Source of the DNA: Lama glama
Lineage: Eukaryota
Reading direction: 5' to 3'
Assembly: GCA_028534125.1 (NCBI GenBank)
Contig: CM052817.1
Location: 42,658,001 to 42,722,000, forward strand
DNA: 64,000 nucleotides
A program made the translations under genes and the position numbers. The notes under the pieces are model-generated. The model was not told where the DNA came from and did not search any database. It worked only from the letters and a program-made list of their open reading frames with translations. Of the stretch, positions 24,501-35,325 are shown piece by piece; positions within the stretch are counted from its first letter, which is position 1; every line of letters starts with the position of its first letter.

Positions 24501-27500
24501 CTCTTTTTCTCCATCCAAGTAACAAGCAATAAAGGAACATGGTGGATGGTAAGTGGACAGAATCAAATAAGTTACTAATTTCATCTTCAAGAGAGATTCT
24601 TTTGCTCACTTAGTCAGCAACAATGAACGACAGCCAGGCTTTAAAATTAAACACTTTCTTCCCCCCAACTCCTACACACACACACACACACACACCCCAA
24701 GGAAAGATTTAATGTCCATATATTTTTTTTCAAAAAAAAGATAGGGGTGGGCAAGACAGAGCATCTTTCACATTCCGCATTTTCAGAGTAAGTATCCAAC
24801 ACGACTTGCCATGATAACTAAATTTATTATTAACTGTGTATTTCATGATGTTAGTGACAATATGTTAATGTGATTTTTCACGTCCTCCTGCAGTGAACAG
24901 ATGGCTCCTTTTACTTTACTTTCCACATCAAGTGTGATTATTTCTTGGTGCCAAAAGCCACCTGCCGCTCCTCGGTCTCCAGTCTAATTTTTTATGTTGG
25001 TAAAACACAGCAGGACTTGTTATCAGTTGGATGGCATCTTAATAAAAGGAGACATGCCAACATATTGACATCATGTTCAAGGGGAAATTTCAGCCCCTTC
25101 AAACTCTTAACCCCCTTCCCCTACCCCCTTTCAAAAAGTGAGGGAGAAAAAGGAAAAAAAAAAATAGATGCAAAGACCCCACCAGTTTCAAGATGCTGGA
25201 TTACAATTGTTGGGCCTAGAGCCAGGATGCTGAATTGGCCTCCCTTTGTTCCTAAACCCAAGCACCTCACTCAGGGCTCTGATCTTTCATCCTGTGTAAT
25301 GATAATTAGCCGTAACATATTCCAAAGTCAAATGTAAGCAGGAATACATTAACATTGAGATCAGTGTCAGGGCAATTTTCACTGGGAAAATGACAAAGAA
25401 CGCACACATACACACATACACAATCAAAAGTTTCAAGATTCAAGCATTCATACAATCACTTTCATGGCTGTGAATATTAAACTCATTGGCTTGTCTGTTA
25501 TGAGTGCTTGCCTAGAATGCCAAGGCCTCCTAATGCGGATGCAGTGACTCCCACAGCCCATGCTTAACAGAAAAAACATGAGTAATAAACCACGGTAGCT
25601 TGCTTTAATTTCTCCATTCTTTATTAGAACAAAGAGGGATAGTACGTTAGGTGATTTGTGGTCTACGAAGAGGTCTTCCAGGCGATTGGATGGCATGGCT
25701 CTCAACAGCTGGTCCAGCACATTTGGGAACAGCATGTAGAAAAATGCATCACTGTTTTGAAGATTACCAACTGTGATGATACATTGGTCATGACACAATC
25801 TAAAAAATGTTAAATTTCCTAGTCACAAACTATATAATTCAATGCCCTTACCATCGGGGTACACACTCTCAAATTCAAGACAAGATATGTATAAATTTGG
25901 TGAAATCAAAACTTCTAAAACTGATCCCCACTCATCAGAGATTGAAAAGAGTAACAGCATTCTTCAATGCCTGATATTTCTTGTTAAAAGCCAAGGAGTT
26001 AAACCTGCAGTTGGCTTTCTAAGATGTACAAGTTTTATAAAAGGTAGGAAAAAAATTTCCTACAATAATGATTCACAATGAATGGTTTTCTTCAGGAGAA
26101 CAACACACCACAGAATCTCTCAAATTAACATAAATTTGTTATTGATGCCTTTATTCTTTTCAACTATCCCTCCAAACAAAAGAAACTGTATGAAATAGAT
26201 CTCTGCTAACTGTTTTGCAGCTTTTTATTTGCATTACATTTTCTCAGTATCTTGTTATAAAAATTTGCAAACTATAGAAAAGTTGAAAGAACCAACACCA
26301 TTTTATCCACCACATGGATTCTACAGATTCTACAATTAATATTTTACTATACTAATTTTATCATATAGTTTTTCATTTATCCATCCTTTTATCTATTCAT
26401 CAATCTACCTTAACATATTAGATTGTAAAATGAACAACCAATAGCGCATTCAACAATCAAAATTAAAATTAACTTGACTTTATGATAATTAAAGTGAGAA
26501 TCATATATAATGGTGTTCATTAACTCATTCAATAAATATTCCTTGAGTTTCTGCTTAGGGTCAGGCATGGTTCTAAATGCTGAAGATACAAGATTGAATA
26601 AAACAGCCAAAATACCTGCCCTCATTGAACTTTTAATTTGGTGGGCTTGACAGGAGAAAAATAATAATTAAATGAATGGCTCTCTAAAACAAGATGTGCA
26701 AAGGAAGATATGTCAATATACACAAGTAAACTTAGTCAGGATTGTTCTTAGATGTGATAACAGTAGGAAGAATGTTTTATGCATCGCTATATTATTGCCT
26801 AAAATAGAGCCCATGTATATTTGTCAAACTACTGAATTAACAAATTTGCATTTGTGTGGAATATAATACAAATAAAGTAACTTCCTTGTAAAGTATAATG
26901 TCTTAAAAAGTAAGGTAGTTTCAATGATTATTTCAGATGTGCTTAAATTAAAATACAGTGAGGCTATTATAGACTAACAATCAAAAGATTTTTATGTTTT
27001 CAATTTTTTTCAATGAAAAAATAGTGGAGTTAGTTTAACCTTAGTTTAAACAAACAAACTTAGTCAGCTTCGGTTAAATCCATCAACAGTTTGTAATTAC
27101 TCTAAGACAGTTAAATAAATCTGGTCAACTTTTCTTTCTAAACTAAACAGAGACACTTATTATCTGATTATTTAGTGGCTATAACTTATTAACAGTGGAA
27201 GTAATCTGTAAACCAGTTCTTTATAAACAGAACTAATGACTATATATATGTTGTTTGTATTAATGACAAAATGCTTAAAGTATCCCTAGGTTCAAAAACT
27301 AATGTGATTGGGAACATTTGTGTGCATATACTAGAGTGGTAGGGGAGAGGGGAAGTAGAAAAAAAACTTTGGGTCAAATCTTTTTCTTGAGTAGATTAAT
27401 CTATATATAGAATGTTTACTACTGCCAAATACTTGGGAAGAAAAAAATATTAAAACAATTTTAAATTTGTTCCACGTAAATTAAAACACAGTATGATATA

Positions 27501-27935
27501 CAGGCATATTGGTAAGTACTGCCTCTAAATTTTTGCTTAGAAAATTTCTGGCTAAATTTTTAAAATTTAACAATGATATTATCTGGAAAAACTACCACCT
27601 TCTGATGATTTCAATCCCCTACTATTCAAATTAAGTCTGGTTGCTAATTTTGCTTTTCTAACTTCATAAAATTCCTTAAAAGGGCTTACTTAAAAGGAAA
27701 ATATGATCCAGTTAAAACAGTAAAATAACAATATTATTGTTGATTTTTATGGTACTATTTTGTTCTATCAGTTTCACTAAGGATAAACAAGCTTCATCCT
27801 TGAGATACCTTAAAAGTATAGTCTATGGCCTAATGCAGAAAACTGCCATTCACTGAGTGGACATTTCATAAATTTAAATAAATATTTATTCACCAACTTT
27901 ACAACCAATCTGAAAATTTAAACTTCTGTTCAGTA

Positions 27936-29637
27936 GATTTCCACTCTTGCAAAGATGGAGTACAGAGATTAGATTTATCCTCACTTGAAACAATTAAAAA
28001 ATGAACAAAATACATGAAACAGTTCACATAAGTCAAAAAATACGTTAACAGTTTACAAGATGCTGGATAGCAGGCAATGAAGAACAGTGATCTCTAAGAG
28101 ACAAGAGACAAATAGCATGAATACTATGATTTCCCCAGCCTATTGCTGTGAGTGAGTTTGAGGCCATGGCCCTGGGAGGGGAAACCCAGGTGGAGCCCAG
28201 TGGAAACCCTGTAGTGAGGAGACGAAGCTGAGCATCCAGAGAGACAAAGGCAGCTAGATTCTATAGGACGTGGTACTAGAAAGAGTTGCATAGGAAGAGA
28301 ACTCAGGAGAGCTTTAGAGTCCCCTTTAAGTATTCAGCTGAATACTGATCAGTGCACATGCGTGAGGAAACTACATGTGGCTGGGGAGAGAAGCAAATGA
28401 AAAAACTAAAGATTAACAGTATCCGCTATTTACGTACAATTGGAAACAGGGACTATTTCCACTAGCTATAAAAATCTCATTTTTCATGGGTCTTGGGTAG
28501 AGTACATTGAAGGATATCATCACAGGTAAGGGGAATAATTAGCCCCAGATTAAAAACCATCTTGTTTCATCTAACAAATCTTAAAGACAAGACCCAAAAG
28601 AATCAAATTGTTTCCATGAAACTTAACTGCATCCCAAAACAATGCTCAAGGTTTATAGGAACACAAAAATAACCAGCAATCCAATCAGGTAAAATTCACA
28701 ATGTTTGGCACCTAATCAAAAATTATCAGGCAAGCAGAAAAATACAAGCCATAATGAGGAGAAAATTAATCAGTCAATACTGAACCAGAACTGCCACAGA
28801 TGTTAGAATTAGCAGAAAATGAAATTAAAAGTTATTTTAAGTGTATTCCGTGTGTTCAAAAAGCTAAGTAAATATTTTTAAAAATCCAATTGAATTTCTA
28901 GGGATGAAAACTACAATGTGTGAGTTGAAAAATACACTAGATAAATTAATAGCAGATTAGACAAAGGAGAAAACATTAGTAAATGAAGATACAGCAATGG
29001 AAACTAAAATGAACCACAAAAAAATACGATAATTATAACGAGTAGAGAATCAGTGAACTATGGGATAACTCCAATGTACTTAATTGGAGTCCCTAAAGCA
29101 AAGAAGAGAGAGAAAATAAAACATATTTATAGAAATAATGGCTCAAAGCTTTCCAAATTCGATGAAATCCATAAACCCAGAGATTTAAGCAGCTCATTCA
29201 GCTCCAAGCACAGAAAAGAAGAAAACTACACCAAGTAATAGCATCATAAAACTGACAAAACCACTGATTAAGAGAAAAAACTTATAAAGACATCTTATAA
29301 GTTTGACAGTGAACTTCACACCTGAAACAACCCAAAAGACGGTGGAGCAAGTTTCAAGGTGCTGATTTTTAAGGAAAAAAAGTAAGAATTCTATACACAG
29401 AGAAAACATCTTTAAGTAGTAGATGAAATACTTTTCAGATGTTCAAAAGTTGTAAGAATTCATTTCCAACAGACCCACAGTACCATAAATATTGAGGGAA
29501 ATCTTAGAGACAGAAAGAACATGGTAATAAAATATCAATCCTCACAACAGCATGAAGAGTACAGGCAACTCTAATTATGTGAATAAACACATGATTTTTT
29601 AAAAACTTATACCGCCTTAAAAGACACTTGAGTGGCT
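27936..29637 (+). mobile_element. Old L1 (L1MC/L1MD-type): 5' UTR, degraded ORF1 and inter-ORF region, interrupted by the GK2 retrocopy
   Basis: 5' end motif CCACTCTTGCAAAGATGGAGT; ORF1 remnants CAGATGTTAGAATTAGCAGA and TAATTGGAGTCCC; continues at 32591. Confidence 0.8.
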
Positions 29638-29679
29638 GGAGGCAGAGCCTGGGCCAAAGGAGGGGTGGAGTGAGATGAT

Positions 29680-29790
29680 GCAGTGCCAGTTAAACGGCAA
29701 AGGTTGCCCCAAGTGGCTCCAGGTTCTGCCGCAGTCACTGCGCCTGCGCCTTCTGCTCCAGACGCTCCGACTGACGTCCTGCGCACCCCT
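29680..29790 (+). promoter_or_regulatory. Probable GK2 proximal promoter
   Basis: GC/CpG-enriched patch with MYB-type CCAGTTA and AAACGG (29687-29698), NRF1-like TGCGCCTGCGC (29739-29749) and near-CRE TGACGTC (29772-29778). Confidence 0.55.
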
Positions 29791-29854
29791 CCCCCACCAA
29801 CACCTCATCACCCGGGAAACGGCACCAGAGAGTCTGAGCTGCCGGACTGGTTTC

Positions 29855-31516
29855 ATGGCAGCTCCGAAGCAGGCAGTTGTGGGGCCGTTGGTGGGGGCAG
29901 TGGTCCAGAGTACTAACTCCACTCATTTTCTGGTTTTCAATTCAAAAACAGCGGAACTACTTAGTCACCATCAAGTGGAATTAACACAAGAGTTTCCAAA
30001 AGAAGGATGGGTAGAACAAGACCCTAAGGAAATTCTTCAGTCTGTTTATGAATGTATAGAGAAAACATGCCAGAAGCTTCAAGAGCTGAATATTGATAAA
30101 TCCAACATAAAAGCTGTTGGTGTCAGCAATCAGAGGGAAACCACCGTGATCTGGGATAAATTAACTGGGGAGCCGCTCTACAATGCTGTGGCGTGGCTTG
30201 ATCTAAGAACCCAGTCTACTGTTGAGAATCTTAGTAAAAAAATTCCAGGAAATAATAACTTCGTCAAGTCCAAGACAGGCCTTCCACTTAGCACTTACTT
30301 CAGTGCAGTGAAACTTCGGTGGATTCTTGATAATGTGAGAGAAGTTCAAAAAGCTGTTGAAGAAGGTAGAGCTCTTTTCGGCACCATTGATTCATGGCTT
30401 ATCTGGAGTCTGACGGGAGGAGTTAATGGAGGCATTCATTGTACAGATGTAACAAATGCAAGTAGGACAATGCTCTTCAACATCCATTCTTTGCAATGGG
30501 ATAAAGAACTGTGTGACTTTTTTGAAATTCCAATGGACATTCTTCCAAGTGTCTGGAGTTCTTCTGAGATCTATGGCCAAATGAAAACTGGGACCTTAGA
30601 AGGTGTGCCAATATCTGGGTGTTTGGGGGACCAGTCCGCTGCATTAGTAGGACAAATGTGCTTCCATGAAGGACAAGCCAAAAACACATATGGAACTGGC
30701 TGTTTCTTACTATGTAATACAGGTCGCAAGTGTGTGTTTTCTGAACATGGCCTTCTGACCACAGTGGCTTACAAACTAGGCAAAGACAAGCCAGCATGTT
30801 ATGCATTGGAAGGTTCTGTTGCTATAGCCGGTGCTGTTATTCGCTGGCTAAGAGACAATCTCGGAATTATAAAGACCTCAGAAGAAAGTGAAAAACTTGC
30901 TAAAGAAGTAGGTACTTCTTATGGCTGCTACTTCATCCCAGCCTTTTCGGGGTTATACGCACCTTACTGGGAGCCCAGTGCAAGAGGGATAATCTGTGGT
31001 CTCACTCAGTTCACCAATAAAAGCCATATTGCTTTTGCAGCATTAGAAGCTATTTGTTTCCAAACTCGAGAGATTTTGGATGCCATAAACCGTGACTGTG
31101 GAATTCCACTCAGTCATTTGCAAGTGGATGGAGGAATGACAAACAACAAAGTTCTTATGCAACTGCAAGCAGACATTCTGCATATTCCAGTAATAAAAGC
31201 CTCTATGCCTGAAACATCTGCACTGGGAGCTGCCATGGCAGCAGGGGCTGCAGAAGGGGTAAACGTTTGGAGTCTTAAACCTGAGGATTTGTCAACTGTC
31301 ATGATGGAACGGTTTGAACCACAGATCAAGGCCACAGAAAGTGAAATTCGTTATTCTACATGGAAGAAAGCCGTGATGAAGTCAATGGGTTGGGTTACAG
31401 CTCAGTCTCCTGAAAGTAATGAACCCACTATGTTCTCCACTTTGCCCTTGGGTTTTTTTATAGTGAGTAGCATAATAATGTTAATTGGAGCAAGATACAT
31501 CTCAGGTATACCATAA
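29855..31516 (+). CDS. GK2: Glycerol kinase 2 (intronless testis retrogene of X-linked GK), 553 aa
   Basis: Uninterrupted FGGY-family [21 protein letters not shown]...GARYISGIP with QRET, GDQ, YALEGS and VDGG motifs and a C-terminal hydrophobic tail; no introns; Val in place of the GK phosphate-1 Asp and the 553-aa length match GK2 as recalled. Confidence 0.95.
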   Translation: MAAPKQAVVGPLVGAVVQSTNSTHFLVFNSKTAELLSHHQVELTQEFPKEGWVEQDPKEILQSVYECIEKTCQKLQELNIDKSNIKAVGVSNQRETTVIWDKLTGEPLYNAVAWLDLRTQSTVENLSKKIPGNNNFVKSKTGLPLSTYFSAVKLRWILDNVREVQKAVEEGRALFGTIDSWLIWSLTGGVNGGIHCTDVTNASRTMLFNIHSLQWDKELCDFFEIPMDILPSVWSSSEIYGQMKTGTLEGVPISGCLGDQSAALVGQMCFHEGQAKNTYGTGCFLLCNTGRKCVFSEHGLLTTVAYKLGKDKPACYALEGSVAIAGAVIRWLRDNLGIIKTSEESEKLAKEVGTSYGCYFIPAFSGLYAPYWEPSARGIICGLTQFTNKSHIAFAALEAICFQTREILDAINRDCGIPLSHLQVDGGMTNNKVLMQLQADILHIPVIKASMPETSALGAAMAAGAAEGVNVWSLKPEDLSTVMMERFEPQIKATESEIRYSTWKKAVMKSMGWVTAQSPESNEPTMFSTLPLGFFIVSSIIMLIGARYISGIP

Positions 31517-32590
31517 TAACAACCAAGCCTGGATTCCCAAGATGTGAGCTTTTCACAAAATGAAAAAAATCCAGCAATTCTGTCTCTTAATGTGATGACG
31601 CTATCACAGACTCTGATTTTATTTATAAACCAATTGCTGTGTGACTTATGAAAACCCTACAAGTAGACCTGTGGCTAGAAATAAACAAATTACAACAGAA
31701 AGCACTCTAGAAACATTTGATGTGTTTTTTTAACATGGGCAGTTAAAGTCGGGTCAGCCACTGGGAGTTAACCCTCTCCACTGTCATAAAATCCTCCTGC
31801 TCCATGCCCTCTAAAATGTAGAATATTCACATTCTGCCTGTGGAATTCTTCATCAAACATTTTCTAACACTTACAGACCAGGATTTGGTTCTCTGCTACA
31901 CACTCTTGATTAAGAGGTGTTACTAACCTGCTAAAACTGAAGGCCATCTTGTTACAGTTGTCATCATTTTTAATGGACCCCAAAGTCCTCTTTTGTACAT
32001 ATTAGGAAAACCACAATACCATCATTGAATGTATAATGGAAACATAATTTTTTTTTTACAGTAGAAACTTAGTTTTCTCATAGGTTAGATATTTTCCGGG
32101 AACATATTTGTCAAGTAAAATTCTTCAGACATTTTACATTTTAATTACACTGATTTGCTGTGTATATCCTATACTGAGAAGGACATGTTTTCCTTTGTTT
32201 TTTTTCTTTTCATCTTTCCATTTTATGTACTTTACTTGGTATGTATAACATATATGCTTATATACTTCATACAGAGTAGTCTATTTATAAAGTAAGTTAT
32301 ATGAAGGATAGTGTTAGCTGGACCACTACATACACAAATATTTTAGGATAAACAGTTATATATATTTTAGAGCAATGAGTATGCATACTATTTATCAGAA
32401 GAAACTTTTTTTAAAAAGAGGTGGTATTTAAAGTGTAAGTATAGTTTATGTTGGTAAAAAAGTGTATTATGATTTCAACTAAATTTCTTACACCTTAACC
32501 TTTTTATTTAATTGCCTTAGCTGGATATATGCTGGGGGAAAAAAAGGAAAAAGCTGTGGAATACCTCAGTAAGCACTATTTTCAAGCAGG
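31517..32590 (+). other. Retrocopied GK 3' UTR-derived sequence
   Basis: GGATTCCCAAGATGTGAGCTTT...AAGTAGACCTGTGGCT resembles the GK 3' UTR as recalled; non-L1 sequence runs until the host L1 resumes; the distal half is assigned by position only. Confidence 0.65.
31680..31685 (+). terminator. Candidate GK2 polyadenylation signal
   Basis: AATAAA ~165 nt after the stop, followed by a GT/T-rich stretch near 31720. Confidence 0.6.
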
Positions 32591-35325
32591 AAAAGAGAAC
32601 TGGTTGCTCAAACAAAACTAATAATATAGTATGGAGTTTAAGCATATGTAAAAGAAAACAAAAATAGCAAAAAAAAGTTAAAAGTAGATAAATGGGAGTG
32701 TAATATTGTAAGGTTCATATACTATATGGGAAGTGGTATAATATCATTTCAATTACTGCTAATTAAATACTTTAAATACTAAAATAACAAAACAAAAAGT
32801 TAAAATTGATAAGCAAAATGAGGTACATAAGCCAGAACTATAAAAATATCCATTTGATCCAAAAGAAGGCAGGAAACAGATGAAAAAGAAAAAAAAATAG
32901 ATAGGAGAATGGAAAACAATAGCAGGAAAATATATTTAAACCTAACAACACCAGTAAGCGCATTAAATATAAATGGTTTAAATACCTCAAAAGGCAAGAT
33001 TATCACATTAGATCAAAAAGACTCAACTATATACTGCCTCCAAGGAACATGTTTCAGAAAAAAAAATAGTCAAAAAGAAAAAGGATTAAAAAAAGATATA
33101 CCATATTCATATTAATGGAAAGAAACCTAAAGTGGCTATGTTAATATCAGAAAGCAAATTTCAGAGCAAAGAATGTTATCAGTGATAGATAAGGTCATTT
33201 TGCAATAATAAATTAGCATCAATTCCTTAAAGAAACATAACAATCCTAAATATTTATACAGCTAATAACAGAGCTTCTCCATTCTGCCCTTGGTTTTTTT
33301 TTTTATAGTGAGTAGCAAAATATATAAAGTAAAATCTGACAGAACCGAAAGAAAAAGGAGAAAAATCTACAATTATACTAAGAGACTTCAATATCTCCTC
33401 CACATTTAATAGAATATATAGACTAATAAGATATAGATTTGAACAATACTACCAACTTAACATATAACATACCACCCAACAGTAGGAGAATACATATTAT
33501 TTTCAAATGCATTATGAAACATTCACCAAAGTAGACCTCATTTAGGCCATCAACCAAGTCTCAATGAATTTAAAAGGATTTCATATAAAGTATGCTGTAT
33601 GAGCACTTTAGAATTATAAATCAGTAAAAGGTTTCTAGAAATCCCCAAATATTTGGAAAGTAAGTTTTTAAATAATCCATGAGTTAAAGATATAAAAAGA
33701 AATAGAAAATATTTGGAATGAGAATACAACATATCAAAATTTGTGAGATACTACGAAAGCAGCACTTAGAAATTTCTGGGACGAAAGGCCTATATTAGAA
33801 GAGAGACAAGGTTTCAACCTCTATTTCTATCCTAAGAAACTGGAAACAGAATAGCAAATTAAACACAAAGTAGGTAGAAGAAAATTAATAGTGAGGAGCA
33901 CAATAATCAATGATATAAAAATAGAAAAACAGTAACAAAAATCAATATAACCAAAAGTTGGTTTTTGTATAAATCAAAAATTGATTAACTTTAAGCCTAG
34001 ACTGGACTAGAGAAAAGAGAAGGATGACAAAAATTATCACTATCAGAAATGATAGCTCCTAAAGATATTGAAACATTATACAGAAATATTGTGAAAACTT
34101 CATGCCAGTAAATTGACAACTTAGATGAAATGAACAAATTCCTTTGAAAACACAACCTTCCAAAACTCAAGAAAAAAACAGGTAACTTGAATGACCTTAT
34201 ATCTATAAGACATATTGAATTTCTAATTTAAAATCTTCACACAGAAAACTACAAGTCCAAATGGCTCAAATGATGAAGAAAAAACACCCATCCTACAGGA
34301 ACTCTTCCAGAAAACTGGAAAGGAAGAAACACTTCCAAAATCATTCTGTGTGGCCAAGATGACAGCATTATTCTGATACAAACACCAAAGATTACCAAAA
34401 AAAAAAACGAAAACCTGCAGGTCAATATTCTTTACAAAATTTTTAGCAAATTAATCTAACAATACCTAAAAAGGATAAGACATTATGACCAACAGGGAGG
34501 AATGTAAAGCTAGGATAATGAATCAGTGTGATTATGTCTTAATATACTTCATCATATTAAGAAAGAAAAACTGCATGCGATATAACTACACACTGATTGG
34601 AATGCTTAAAATTAAAAAGAAAAAACATATCAAGTTTGGTAAAGACTTAGAGGAAATGAATCTCCCATATGATTCTACTGAAAATGTAAAATGATTACAA
34701 ACATTTTAGAGAACAGTTTAGTAGTTTCTTAAAGAACTAAATACACATCTATCACATTATCCTAGGTATCTACCCCAGAGAAATTAAAACACATGTCTAT
34801 ACAAAGATTTGTTCATAGCACTTTACTTGTTATAGCCAAAAACTGGACATAACTCAAGTGTCCGCCAGCAGGTAAACAGATAAACCATGATATGTCCATA
34901 CAATGGAAGGCTACCCAGCAACTATTGATACACACAACATAGATGACTTTCAAAATAATTAAGTCAAGAGAAATAAGCCAGACAAAAAGGAGTATATACA
35001 TAGTGTTTGATTCCATTCATATGCAACTGTAGAAAATGCAAACTATTATTTAATAGCAGAGAGCAGATCAGCGGCTACCGGAAAACTGGGGGAGTGTCAG
35101 AGGGATGGGAATGAGGAGTGGGCAGGAAGAAGAAGGAGGCATGATTACAAAGGGGCACAAAGAAAACTGGGAGGGATGAATACGTTCATTATACTAATTA
35201 GGTGATGTTTCAAGGGTGAATATATTTGTCAAAATTAACCAAATTGAACACTTCAAATATGTGGCAGTTTATTAGATTATATATATTTATTATACCTCCA
35301 AAAAACATTTAAAAAAGAAAAAATT
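32591..35325 (+). mobile_element. Continuation of the old L1: inter-ORF, degraded ORF2 (endonuclease to start of RT, internal deletion) and 3' UTR
   Basis: EN-like LNINGLN...IYCLQGT (32909-33115 ORF); GACAACTTAGATGAAATGAACAAATTCC; 3' end with A-rich tail near 35310. Confidence 0.85.

Noticed and set aside
29617..31335. Antisense and alternate-frame ORFs over GK2
   Set aside because: Short shadows of a GC-richer coding region with no recognisable homology.
29675..31516. 613-aa annotation of GK2
   Set aside because: Homology to glycerol kinases starts at ATG 29855; the extension overlaps the probable promoter and is kept only as a low-interest finding.
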